A stretch of 64,000 bases of DNA, taken from the NCBI RefSeq assembly GCF_001194135.2, contig NC_068999.1, forward strand, positions 23,671,336 to 23,735,335. Reading direction: 5' to 3'. A program made the position numbers and the translations under genes. Under the pieces are notes generated by a model. The model worked only from the letters and a program-made list of their open reading frames with translations. It had not been told where the DNA came from and did no database searches. This document shows, in pieces, positions 50,006 to 63,017 of the stretch (positions are counted from its first letter, which is position 1; every line of letters begins with the position of its first letter). Origin of the DNA: Octopus bimaculoides. Its lineage: Eukaryota.

Positions 50006-50984
50006 TAAGATATCGTCATTATGTGTTTACTGTTTCTTTTTCTTTTTTTTTCCTTAATTCAAGAAATATTCTTGTTCTATAAAAACTATAAAAAGAATTT
50101 ACATGTTGGTAACAGTAGCCAACACATATTTTGCTCTTCTATTCTTGAGTTGATACTGGTTCTAAAAATACTATCAGTTTTTGCCCTATCAATGCTAGTT
50201 TTGATGAAACAGCATAACCCTCTATATGTTAATGAATCTACTCATGCACTGAAATAAGGTATCCCAGTTGCAGCTTACATTTTGGTGTCTTTAGGAGTTA
50301 AAGATATTCTTGGACATCTTCAGCATGTTAATTCTAAATAATCTGCACATTACTAAATGAAATTACTTCAACATAAGGACTTTAAGTATTGAAGACAGAG
50401 AAGAACAAAGAGAAAGATTTCATGAAGATATAAAAACAATGACAGGCTCATACCAAGGAAGGTGAGAGACACATAATGGCAGACTATTGCTGGAGCCTTT
50501 GCAGGACTATTTTGGTAAATCTCATCCTAAAAAGTTTAATAAATTCTTCATGTATTGAATTACTGATCATATTAGATTTTTTAATGTTCATTTTTAAGCT
50601 AAATTACTTATAGATTTTAATGTAGTGCACAATAAGCTTGGACAGAAAAAAATCTATTTAATAATGCATGAATTTTAATATTATGTAATATATTAATAGC
50701 ATTGTGTTGTCATTTTTAATCAAAATAGCAGATCATTAATTAATTAGAGCAGATAGGGTAAAACTGATGATGGTAAGTTTATCAAAGAATAGCTAAAGTA
50801 CAAAAGTGGTGAGAAAAGATCTTCAGAAGCTGGGCCTCAGTGAGGAGATGACAAGGGACTGAGGCTTCTGGTGATTTGCTATGCTTGATAAGATATGCCA
50901 AGCTATGTAAAATTGTGACCATCCATACATAGAGGCATGTCCTTTGTGGCTGTGCCCCCATTTCCTCTCTCAGCTGAGAGGTTT

Positions 50985-51325
50985 ATGTCTTGCAGGTACC
51001 AGTGCCACATAAAATGCACTCATGCCAGTGCTATGTGAAATGCACTTGTGCCAGTGCCATGTAAAATGCATTTGCGCTAGTGCTGCATACAATGCACTCC
51101 TGTCAGTACCACATAAAATGCAGTCACGCTGGTACCACATAAAAGCTCTCATAGCACTAGCATGTAAAAAGCAACCAGCACATTCTGTAGAGTGGATGGT
51201 GATAGGAAGGGCTTCCAGCTGCAGAAACTATGCCAAAACAGACAATTGGAACCTGGCCAGCTCCTGTCAAATCATCCAACCCATGCTTGTATGGAAAACA
51301 GACATTAAATGATGATGATGATGAT
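50985..51325 (+). mobile_element. RTE 3' tail copy with repeated CATGTAAAA units
   Basis: Repeated GTGCCAC/ATGTAAAA(T)GCAC units, then the standard tail and (GAT)n. Confidence 0.6.
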
Positions 51326-51699
51326 AAAGGGTATGTTGTATCTTCAAAGCTAGAGTTAATAGGTCAAAAGCTGGTGATATTATTGCCCCAGATATACACA
51401 AGAATAAGTTTAACTAATGTATCGCTAATTAAAAGCAGTCAAAGTTGTTTTTAAATATGTTACACATGAACAACGTAGGACTGGGCTACACAACACAAAC
51501 AGTATAATAACATCTTTAAACATAAGCAATATATACATGATTTTATACAAAAATAGATCACATGAATAGATGATAAGTTATGATAGAGTCTTGACATTTT
51601 CAAATAAATGTTCTTAATACTTATTAGCAGTGTTCTGTAACTAAAGACAAGATATTTCATTTATGCTAATTTCTTGACAAATATCAAATATTAATTCTC

Positions 51700-51945
51700 T
51701 CCAGGCTATCTTTTATCGCTCAATGGTTTCAGTCATTAGACTACAGCCATGCTGAGTCACCACCTTGAAGAATTCTTACTCGAATGAATCAACCCCAGTA
51801 TTTGTTTTTTAAGTCTGGTACTTATTCTATCAGTCTCTTTGCCGAACTGCTAAGTTACAGGATGTAAACACACCAACACTGGTTGTCAAGTGGTGGTGGG
51901 GGGGGGGGACAAACATAGACACAAAGACATGCACACACACACACT
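51700..51945 (-). mobile_element. tRNA-derived SINE (family S1), tail half
   Basis: Reverse complement of the S1 tail. Confidence 0.65.
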
Positions 51946-52449
51946 TAGATATATTACCTATCTATGACTGTGACCTTGAGTTGTTTTAACACCTGACGCT
52001 TTCAGAGAGTCATTTCCACCAGGTCAAATCACAGCCAACTGGCAAACAAACAAAGCACATACATTTTGTATGTGTGTTCAATAATGTTTACAACACTCAC
52101 ACTGATTCTAATTCATATTTGAATTTATTCCTATGTATGCATTGTTTGGATATAGCAACAGATGATTTTTACCCATTTTACATATAGTCATGGAGAGGCG
52201 ATTCAGTTTGCTCTCAGATTGGTTCAAGTACATGGCATTGATAAGTCACAAAAATGGTGAAACATTGAAATCCATTGCTCCTGAATGGGACTTAAGGTGA
52301 GTTGTCTCATCTGTCTATGTCTATGACTTACAGGTGCTCTAACACCTGGTGCTTCAAGAGAGTCATCTCCACTGCATCAAATCAGACACAACCAATGCAC
52401 AAGCAACACACATACATTGTGTATGTCTGTTTGATTAAAGAAGACCCTT

Positions 52450-52452
52450 GTC

Positions 52453-52494
<42 letters not shown>

Positions 52495-52615
52495 CGATAG
52501 TCTTCTTTCAGTTTCAATCTATGAAATCCACTCATAAGGCTTCGGTTAGCCTGAGGCTATAGTAGAAGACTGAACCCAGAACCATGTGGTTATGAAGCAA
52601 GCTTCTTACACACAG
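52450..52615 (-). mobile_element. tRNA-derived SINE (family S1), head half
   Basis: Reverse complement of the S1 head with a (TA)n tract. Confidence 0.6.
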
Positions 52616-52699
52616 CCTGAGTTATTTTTGTTTTAATTTATTTTTATTAGTCTTTATTTTCATTGTTATAGTCTGGAGAGAGCAGTTGTGCTATCCATG

Positions 52700-53200
52700 A
52701 ATCATGAAAATGATGTGGCCAAGTCAACTAATACAGAAAAGATATGAAGAAATGGAAGTCTAGAGAGGAAGGGCTACATACAGTGATTGACATGGGTCTG
52801 TTAAGACAATACTGGTGACAACAAGAAGGAAAGAGTGAGTTGGAAATACTTGGATGAGACAGCATAAGTTCAGCCAGTTCCAAACAGTAGAAACTAGAAA
52901 CCATTGCTGTAGAGAAGGGAGATAAAGTAATCATTTAAGTAACTTTCCTTTGAATCTTGTCGACAGCACCATTCTAAATGTGGGAGTAGTACTCCATTGT
53001 GGACTACTTGCACTTTGTAGAGAGTTAGGAGCTATTGAGAGCTGGAGTATTTTCTGATTTTGAACAAAAGGCCGGTTTTTATGAAGCAGTTTTGGCTATG
53101 TTGAGAATGTGTATTCACCAAGCAAGATCTTCAGTGATAATGAACCCTAGCATTTATAGCAGTCATAAGAGTTCTAGTTGCTTGTTGTTCATGTTTAGTG
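52700..53200 (-). mobile_element. CR1/L2/Jockey-type LINE C-terminal fragment
   Basis: Minus strand: LGFIITEDLAW..HI..IAKTAS.K ... MEYYSHI.NGA.DKIQRK. Confidence 0.6.
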
Positions 53201-53947
53201 GAATGAGGTGTGTGTGTGTGTGTTTTCCAACATGGTTTTGTGAGGTATATAAACCTAGCGGGTCCCATGTTTGCTCTTATCAGTTGTCAATGTTGGCTAG
53301 CCACAGTAAACGTTGATGAAACTCAAGTTAGTTAAAATTTACTATAGTCGGTTAATCCTCACTTGGTAAATCCAAATGTCTCTATAAGGACTACATAGTT
53401 TCCATAAGGTCCTGGTAGGGTATAAATGTAGGGCATTTCCAAAGCAGCACCCAACCCGAGTTCTGGGCTACCTTCAGATGTAGAAAATCCTGGTTTCCTG
53501 ATGGTAAAACTCTGTGCATGCATGTGTGTGAATTGTGTTGCTGTATTGTTGAAGAAGATAAGATTGCATGATGTTTTCAAAGCTTCTGTTTATAGTTTTA
53601 ATGTGGATTTAGCATGGGGTGTTCAGAATTCATCTGGATAATGCTTGGGTGTGAAAAACCTTTAGTAAAGAATAGAAAGGGCGATATCAAGTGTATATGA
53701 ATAAACGTTGATGGATATAACAACAAATGGTCAAAACCAACGCTTGGGGAACAACAGAGTTAATAAACTATGGATAAGAGGGAGATCCATCAGCATATTC
53801 AACAATAGTGCAACCTAACAGGAAACCACTGGTATAAGAGATGACAGATGGTACCCATAAGCAAGCTATTTTATCAAGAGTTTCATTATGTTAGACAGTG
53901 AAAAGTCTTGCTATGGTGAGTGTGAAACACTGTTTTCACCAAATTCC

Positions 53948-54177
53948 TTAACCCTTTAGTATCCAGATTATTCTGCCAAATGTAATGTTTATTTATTCAC
54001 ATTGTTTTGAATTAATCATACAATATCTCGTAGCTTTCAGATTTTGATGATGTGACTGTTTAGTTTTAAAATAACATTACAGGGCAAGGTATAAGAGGCC
54101 AGATCTGGCTGGCTTGAACATATAACAGGTGGAATATTTTGGCTGGATATGGTTGGTTCTATATGCTAAAAGACTAA
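53948..54177 (-). mobile_element. piggyBac-like MITE
   Basis: TTAA|CCCTTTAGTAT ... ATGCTAAAAGA|CTAA. Confidence 0.75.
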
Positions 54178-55557
54178 GGATGGGCACCAACTAGTGACTG
54201 ATATTGGAGAGTATGTTTCCAATAAATGTGGCTCTATGAAAGCTGAATGGAAGTATAAATGTCTTACTACCCTCCTCAAAGTAATTTGGTGGCTCTGTAA
54301 AGGTGAACTGCAACAATAATCTTTCAAACTCTTTCCCATCACAACCAGGGTTAAGTAAAGGTATGGTTTGGTCTCAAAGCTCTTTGCAATGTTCCTTATT
54401 ATCACAGTGAGAGAAACTAAGTAAAAAATATATATAATATATATAATATACTCTCTAATAGTTCTGAGTTGAAATGCAAAGAAACATGACTGTTCTATTC
54501 ATTCAAAAATGTCAGTCATAAGTACATGTGCTTCTGTCAGGGTGCAAAGTCTGGGTTAAGTGTAGTTCACACACTTGCATGAAATTAACTTTTGACTTTT
54601 CTCAACTACCTAAATGTAATGAAAATTCGGACTCATTTAAAAACATAGGGAAACTAGAACATTAATATTAACATCTTGAATGTTAGATATATTAACTCAT
54701 TATATCTGCTGGTAAATGTATTTACTCATTAATCAAACTAACATTCATTGTATAAATTTTACCATGCATGGATTATATTCTATCACTGTAGTCTTTAAAG
54801 TAGTGAATTAGAAAGCCATCCTTACACAAAGAATAACTACTATAGACTTACACAAATACTTGCTAGAAGTTATAAGTAGGTTGATTATGAATAATACAGA
54901 AAAATATTCTCCTTCAAACAATAACATACAAAATAAAAGCTAGGCACACTGAAGATAGAAAGACGACAGCATTAGAGAAAATGAGAAGGAAACAATGCAT
55001 AAAGTGAAAAATGCTCAATGATTGATAATCTATTAAAACCAACTCAAAGAAAATTTGTCTCTGCATATGTTGGAAAGAGAAACATTAATTTACATTATCA
55101 CTGAAAGTGATTAATGTCTATCCAGTAATAGCAAAGCAAGTGAAAACAGAATGTATAGTGAATATCAAAAGGTAATAAACTACCAGGTGCTGACAATATA
55201 ATCACAGGATCGTTAAACAGACAGTTAAGGAAGCTATTTCCATTGGATGATAAATATGCCAACACTTGTGGATGAGAGTTTAAAAAAAAAATTAATGTAA
55301 GCATGCACCAAAATATGTAGAGTTTACAATACTCTCAGCAAATTGAAAAGTTATTGAAGTATAAAGCATCTCAAGAAAAGTTAAATGTTGAAAGTATAAG
55401 CAGAGACAGTAGCGGCATAGTACAGTATATATGGCTGAAGAAAACATAAATAAATGATCTCTTTTGATGGAATTAACAAGGAGCTATCAACTGGAGAGGA
55501 AGTCCAATTAAGGATACTGTGTGTGCGTGTGTGTGTGTATACATATACATGTATATA

Positions 55558-55850
55558 TCAGGGTGTATAGCTTAGTTGTTAGGGGTTTTGGACTCATGAT
55601 CACTAGATCGTGATTTCAATTCCTAGACCAGGTAGTGCATTGTGTTCTTGAGCAAAATATTTTATTTCATGTTGCTCTACGATCACTTCAACATCTGACG
55701 CATGGTACATAGTGCACCTGTTCAGACAACATCAATTAGGTGGAGGGAGGGAGCTAATGTGCAGCATGAGCATTTCATCACTATAAACTAATCATTTGTG
55801 CAGGTCCTTCGGCAAAAGCTGAATGTTCATATGTAGTCTTTGTTGAGGTT
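55558..55850 (+). mobile_element. tRNA-derived SINE (S4-related head)
   Basis: GGTGTATAGCTTAGTTGTTAGG...GATTTCAATTCC...TTGTGTTCTTGAGCAAAATATTTTATTTCATGTTGCTC. Confidence 0.55.
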
Positions 55851-55937
55851 CTGTCATATATATATATATATATATATATATAAGACTGTGATGAAGGAGA
55901 GAGTAGCATCGAATAAAACAGCTTAAAGAAAAATGAT

Positions 55938-56138
55938 TTAACTCTTTAGCATTTAAACCAGTCATATCTGGCCCAGATATTCTGTTTTATATTAAAATTG
56001 GCCAGATCCAGGATTTCATACGTACCCTACAATCTAATTGTAAAATAAACAGTGATATCATCAAAATCTTGAAGCTACACAGATAATGCATGATTAATTC
56101 AAAACAATGACAGAAAAATTTGAATACTAACGGGTTAA
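55938..56138 (+). mobile_element. piggyBac-like MITE
   Basis: TTAA|CTCTTTAGCATT ... AATACTAACGGG|TTAA. Confidence 0.78.
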
Positions 56139-56214
56139 CAGAAATGTCAAATATTTAAATTTAATGAACGCTACATGACCATGGAAATGATTTCAATATT
56201 TCAATAAATCATAA

Positions 56215-56500
56215 AGGCAACAAGCTGGCAGAATCATTAGCATGCCAGGCAAAATGCTTAGCAGCATTTTGTCCATCTTTACAGGGCGACAAGCTGACAG
56301 CCATTTGCATGCCAGGCAAAATGCTCAGTGGCATTTCATCCATCTTTGTTCTCAGTTCAAATTCTGCCAAAGTCGACTTTGTCTTTCATCCTTTCAGAGT
56401 CGATAAAATAAGTACCAGTTGAGTATTGGGGCTGGTGTAATCAACTTACCCCCACCCCCACTATGAAATTGCTGTCCTGGTGCCAAAATTTGAAATCAAT
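56215..56500 (+). mobile_element. SINE family S3 with a tandem head duplication
   Basis: CAAGCTG.CAG..CATT.GCATGCCAGGCAAAATGCT..G..GCATTT..TCCATCTTT occurs twice. Confidence 0.7.
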
Positions 56501-56949
56501 ATTTCAGAAACCATGTATCTCATGAAATGTTCCATTTGCACAATCAGCAAACATGAATATCAAGCTGTCTGTCTGTCTGTCAGAAGGGAGATTCAGTTGT
56601 AATTATTAAACGAATGATAATGATTATTCATTTTCAGTAGTATGGTGTTCTTTTAATGGGCTCATTTTATCCAAATAAGTATCATCCACCATGACAGAAA
56701 GCAAAGCCAAATGAAGAATTTGTAGCTCTGGGTTACAACTACAATTAGGCTGCCAGTGATATTTTCAAATTGCTAAGAAAGAGTTAAAGAAATATCAAAT
56801 TTATTTTTACAGGGCAAACCACAATTAAAATTCAAGGACTAGAAACAAGGAAGTTAATCTACTGTTTACCACAACTGGTACAAACATAACATATAAAACA
56901 TAAGTCCACGTACAAAACATAACACACTGCAAGCTTTTGATATCCATGT

Positions 56950-59750
56950 CAAAAGTTTGTAATGTATTGCACTTGTATCCAAATTCATCAAATTGCCAAA
57001 GTTTCTAAACTGAAGAATTCCTGGCATGGATTCAGGCTCAATGTTATCTGAGTACACCTTCTAAAACTTAACTCTTTGCCTTTCCTGTGCATCACATGCA
57101 ATACACATGGCATATTTTCTCTGTTGTCAATGTATCTTATCTAATACACATTCCCAATTTTTTTCAACCATCAGAGTAATTTAGGACTTATGAAAAGAAG
57201 GCTTTGTTTTATTCAGAACATATGAAACAAAAGGTTAACTAACAGTCTGCAAACAAGCATGGATGCTTAGAACAATCTCACGAAAATGCTTTGGACAGGC
57301 AAAAGGTTTAATTGCTGTTATTGAAATGACTTTATCAATCACTGATGGAAATTCAATCAGGAAGCCAGATAAGGAATAAAGCTTTTTATATGTTTCAGTG
57401 TTATGAGAAAGATCTTAACATAACTTGTCTATGAGGGGTAGATATGTTTCTATGTTAAACTTCTATCTTCCTCACAAAGAAATATCCTCATCATTACAAT
57501 AATTAATTCATTTTCTTTTCCAATGTTTTCATTTTTATTTGTAACAGAATTCTGTATTTTCTACACTGACTTTTGCTTTATTTCCAATCTCTTCAAAGTG
57601 ATCCTGCAGCAACATCAAAAAAGAAAAAGATCTAGCAGAGATTTAAGAATCTCCAGTGTTTTATACTGAAGTGATTTCCAGACTTGACTGAATCTCTCTC
57701 ACATGACAGCCTACAAGTCTGCCAAGAGAGCTGTTTCTAATTCTGATAACTGCTTGAATGCAGCATTTGTTTCATAACATGCATCAGGCTTCTGATTTAC
57801 ATCTGAGATTATTTTGAAAGTTTCTTGAAAATAAATGTACATCATCTATTATGGATATCAAAAGCTTGCAGTGTGTTATGTTTTGTACGTGAACTTATGT
57901 TCTATATGTTATGTTTGTACCAGTCGTGGTAAACAGTAGATTAACTTCCTTGTTTCTAGTCTTTGAATTTTAATTGCGGTTTGCCCTGTAAAAATAAATT
58001 TGATATTTCTTTAACTCTTTCTTACCAATTTGAAAATACCACTGGCAGCCTAATAGTACTTGTAACACAGAGCTACAAAATTTTCATGTACATCATCTAT
58101 TATCTAGCATCTGGCACACTTTTTAACTGCCAATGTAGATTCACTTCCACTTTCTGCTTTAAAAAGCACAAAAGCATTACTCACCAACATTGAATTAAAC
58201 CAGAAAAGAAACTGTAAAAGTTTCTGTATAAGACCAAAGATTGAAATTGCTCCAGTGCATCTTTCCACAGTACATACACCTACCAAATTAAGGAAGTGTG
58301 TGGCAAATGGAACGTAATGGACAAGATGACCAATACTGAAAAAGTACTCCTGAAGCTCTTTATAGCATCTTAACATAATTAAATGTATTACAATAAGGCT
58401 GTCTTCTTAAAATTAGTCACATCAATTCCAGTTTATTCAAAGAATTTCAAGACAAATTTGACAAAAGTTTCTCAGAATTTGCTATGAAAATAATGTAATA
58501 AAACATTCAATAACTCTATGATCTTATTTTCTAACAGTGAATAATTATAGTTAGCTGATCAATGTGAGACATGGCTGATGTTGAATCAACACTTAAAGAA
58601 AAGTTTTTGTCTTCCCTGATTTCTTCTACAAAAGTTTTGCAATACTTTGTTTTTCATAATACCTATGAATTCCTCAGATATTTTTAAAATTATATATGAT
58701 GCTTGTCCTCATCCTTGATTACTGTATTTGTTAACTGAGGACTAAGAAGAATCATATTCAGTCAGTAATTCAAATATCCCAATGTAGTAGTTGCCATTTT
58801 GTACTTTTGTAACATCATGGAAGGCTAATCCATGAAATGAGAGAAACTTTACAGCTGAAACTTCTCCCCAGTATTCTTTTTCATTTATCAATTGGATATT
58901 CCAGTGTTTAAACAATTCCCCCAAGTGCATTTCATCTAGTAATCCATGTCACCATATACAAAGCCATGTTACCATACAGGTCCACTGTCCAGAACTGTTT
59001 TCATGTTCTGTAGTCCCTGTAGAGGATGTTTGCAGTCAGAAAATCTGCTGAAGGAAAACTAGGCTTTTGATTCATGAACACAAGCAAAACTATGCATTTC
59101 TTTTTAAGGAAGAATATAAAAGCTATTCCTTTTTAATATTCTCACCAGATAGATATGTTTTAAATGACTGAGAAAATTCTCTTTTCTTATCAGAGTATTG
59201 TCTTTCATATAAAGGAATATGATCATTGTGGCACTGACATTCCAAGAGACTTTGTTTACAGCAAAAGTCACGTACACCTCTTCTAAAATATTTGTGTCTG
59301 TTCACAAATTAATGTCATCTTGATACTCAAATTCCAGGTCATTTTTCTTATGAACAAACTTAGGCTGCTCAAGCATGGAAAAGGAAGCTCAAGTTGTCTC
59401 TGTTGATCCAACAGATCAACAGAGAACTCAGTCTGCCTTTTTTATGTTAATTGGATTTAAATGCATTTGTTCTCTTCTCTCTTTATGGATCTGTTACTGT
59501 CTGGTATTTGAACCCAAAATTAGTAAGTCTTGAAATTTACTGAGAAGTTCTCCATGCTTCCACATCTTTCAATGTTGTCTTTTAATTTTGCTCTATTGTC
59601 AAACATTTTTCCAATATGATTAAACCAAAAGGATGAAAAATTGCTAAAAACTGGTTTAAGGGGAATCATATTGTGAAAAAGATGACATATGCTTCAGGCC
59701 ATAATGTCTAATGAAGGAGAATTCAATTCTATACATGAATCACTTGGTTT
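56950..59750 (-). mobile_element. Degraded hAT-superfamily transposase (TTF zinc finger, DUF4371, catalytic core)
   Basis: Minus strand: ERQYSDKKREFSQS (59123..59305), EKEYW..AVKFLSFHGLAF...NGNY.GIFELL.EYD (58742..58930), HYVPFATHFLNLVG..GAISIFGLIQKL (58104..58376) and ETALL....ERFSQVWKSLQ (~57700); many stops. Termini not located. Confidence 0.75.
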
Positions 59751-60191
59751 CAGTTCACTTATTATTTGCATATCAAGTTATTTGTTATTATACTAATAAT
59801 GTACAATTTATTTTTAAAAAAATTAACAAAAAAGTGTAGCATCAACCCACTTGGTCCAAACCCCATAATTTACCATGACTGGAAAGTTTATAAAACATAC
59901 TATCAGAATAGACATTTAGACATTTTTTTCACTATAAAACAAAAAAATTTCCAATTTTCAACAGAAACAAAATAATTTACGTTGGTTTCAGTGCTTAGCC
60001 TCAAATCATTGTTAGACTTAACAGGCAGAATTATTGAGTTTAATAATAGTGATTAAGGCAGTTTAATATTCAATAAAACAATGACAAAATGCACATCCTT
60101 AATGCTGAACTTAATTTAGTCTTCATTAAGAAATAGTAAAATGAAAATGCATAACGATAAAGGTAGGATTCTATATTTAAGAGATGAGGAA

Positions 60192-60519
60192 TTATGTACA
60201 TTATTTACATTAGATGGATATTTGTCTTCATCTTGTTTGTTATTAACACGTTTCAGCTGATATACCCTCCAGCCTTCATCACAGGCATATGGCATGGTTA
60301 AGAGCACGAGCTACTAACCCCAAGATTCCAAGTTTGATTCCAGGCAGTGACCTGAATAATAATGATAATAACATAGAAAAATGTCTTAGGAATGAGAACC
60401 CAGGTTCGAAATTTCCCCAAGACACCTGATGAAGGCTGGAGGGTATATCAGCCGAAACATTGTGTTAACAACAAACAAGATAAGGACAAATATCCGTCAA
60501 ATGTAAATAATGTAAATAA
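60192..60519 (+). mobile_element. Hairpin element: Penelope-type inverted arms around a tRNA-like head and a hammerhead ribozyme motif
   Basis: Arms 60192-60281 and 60427-60519 are reverse complements; spacer has A/B-box-like motifs; hammerhead motif at 60421-60466. Confidence 0.7.
60421..60466 (+). ncRNA. Minimal type I hammerhead ribozyme motif (Penelope-associated type; one substitution in stem III)
   Basis: Stem I GACAC/GUGUU, core CUGAUGA(A), stem II GGCUG/CAGCC, GAAA, stem III AC[A]U where the opposite arm shows ACGU, cleavage triplet xUU. Confidence 0.55.
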
Positions 60520-60571
60520 AGGTAGGTCTCTGCCTCTAGACTTGAGAAGTTGACAAAATGGTTCTATACCA

Positions 60572-60893
60572 TTTTTCGTGTCTTCTACTATAGCCTCGAG
60601 CCGACCAAAGCATTGTGAGTGGATTTGGTAGACGGAAACTGAAAGAAGACCGTCGTATATATGTATATGTATATATATATGTGTGTGTTTGTGTGTCTGT
60701 GTTTGTTCCCGCAACATCGCTTGACAACTGATGCTGGTGTGTTTACATCCCTGTAACTTAGCAGTTTGGCAAAAGAAACCGATAGAATAAGTACTAGGCT
60801 TACAATGAATAAGTCCTGGGGTCGATTTGCTCGACTAAAGGCGGTGCTCCAGCATGGCCACAGTCAAATGACAGAAACAAGTAAAAGACTAAA
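60572..60893 (+). mobile_element. tRNA-derived SINE (family S1), 5'-truncated, little CpG decay
   Basis: GTCTTCTACTATAGCCTCGAGCCGACC...GGCGGTGCTCCAGCATGGCCACAGTCAAATGACAGAAACAAGTAAAAG. Confidence 0.8.
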
Positions 60894-61706
60894 AAGAGTA
60901 TACCAAAAGACAGGGCTTCTCAAAACTTTCCTTTCAGCATACTAAATCATTAAGTCTGACAGAGTACATGTAATATTTGTGAAGGAGACAGTATAAAACA
61001 GTTAAGTACCGTAAATCATAGATATGTATAATTTTTTATTAATATGAATTAATTTAAATTTCACTTTACTAAAATTTTCCCTTTATTCGTTGAGTTGATA
61101 AAATAAAGTACCAGACAAGTACTAGGATTGATATGGTTGATTGTCTCCTCTCCTAAACTTTCTGACCTCCCTCCTATGTAAGAAATTATCATTTAATTCA
61201 ATGTTACTTGCTTTTAATAAGATGGATGAGTGTGGCTCTTCCTAACAATTGACCCTGATAATGAAAAACAAAAATCCAAATATTATCAATCATTTGATGC
61301 AAAACAACAACTTTCGTAAGCTGCATAATTACATTTTGCACTATATAACAGATTGCTGAAAACATTTCTTTCAAGTCTTTAGTAAGACTGTATTCAAGAA
61401 GAAAATGTTCAGAAACTGCATTGCCATAATCATTATTAAGACAGATTATATGTTGTTAAATGGAATCACCTCAAGGTTTATTAATACACAAAAACTGAAT
61501 CTCTTCTATAATAGATTGTGAGTAGTATCAATTTTTCCAGCTGGTTTTCATTCTCCATTGTAGATAGACCTGATTAGTTAGTTTTCCTGCATTTATACTT
61601 TTCACTCCAGATTTTCACAGCATTTTATGTGTGATACAATTCTCATGCTGGCTAAAACCTTTGCTTTTTTGACAAATCATTGTGTCATTTAGTAAATCCT
61701 TCAACT

Positions 61707-61930
61707 TTAGACCTTTAGTATTTAAAGTAGCCATATATAACTCAAATATTGTACCTGTTTTATATTTAAATCAACTAGATCCAGCCTCACACACCTACTC
61801 TACAATGTCATTCTAAAAACAAACAATCACATCATTGAAATCTCAAAGCTACAAGATAATGCATGATTAATTCAAAACAAAGTGAATAAACATTGCATTT
61901 CACAGAGTAAGCCAAATGCTAAAGGGTTAA
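61707..61930 (+). mobile_element. piggyBac-like MITE
   Basis: TTAG|ACCTTTAGTATT ... AATGCTAAAGGG|TTAA. Confidence 0.75.
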
Positions 61931-62714
61931 AGCAATTGTCAGCACTCTGGAATGCCAACAGCATAACAGGAAGTAAGATTGGCATGAACTAAAAATGTTA
62001 AGGGCTACCAATGGACTACGAAGCACAGAAGTCTCTTCTTCTGAATCAAATACTGATAGTTTAAATAGTTGGCACTACATCTAATCCAGTTTGGTAAAAG
62101 AATTAAGTTATGCAGATTGTGACATCAGCTGCTCGACCAGTTAATATTTGGTACAACATTGCAGATTCAACAGTGTATGAATGAGTTATGAAAGAAATCT
62201 TCTTGGTCATGTGATTTTCACACATTTCAAAAGTGTTACAACTTCCAAATGAAAACATTGACAAATGTCCTTTTTCTCATTTCATTGAAAATATCTATAT
62301 TAAATTTTTTTTTTTTTAATCCACACAAAATGGATATATATGATAATGGGAAATGTCACCAGGAAAATTCATAATTATGTTGCATTGTTACTTTGTCTAT
62401 GCAAATAAGCACCGCTTACTGAGGTTGTGGGGTTTGTGTGTGTCAAAACTATATCATTCAGTTGATACCATACATGAGTGTGAATTTCCAAACCAGAAGG
62501 TGCATTGTGTCTGGTGAACTGCTGCACTGGAGTGATTGTAGTTATAGCCATATATAACATAAGAGAAACAATACAGGTACAAATAATGGAGAATAGTAAG
62601 AACCAACAAATGAACAAAAACAAAACAAAAGAAATAAAATAAAACCTAAATACTTATGATGATTTTTAAAAAATATTACAACCACCACCACTAATAATAA
62701 TAACTAGCAACAAC

Positions 62715-62925
62715 AGCAAATTTTTTCTACTCTAGGCACAATTCTGGAGGCAGGGGTCAGTTGGTACTTATTTCACTGACCCTGAAAGGATGAAAGGTGA
62801 AGTCAACCATGACAGAATTTGAACACTGAATGTAAAGACAGACAAAATGCTGTTAAATATTTTGTCTAGTATGCTAATGATTCTACCAGCTCACCGCCTT
62901 AATAATAATAATAATAATAATAATA

Positions 62926-63017
<92 letters not shown>

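Noticed and set aside
55885-55925. Degenerate GTGATGAAGG...CGAATAAAACAGC motif
   Set aside because: Core and stems are broken; cannot be supported as a ribozyme.
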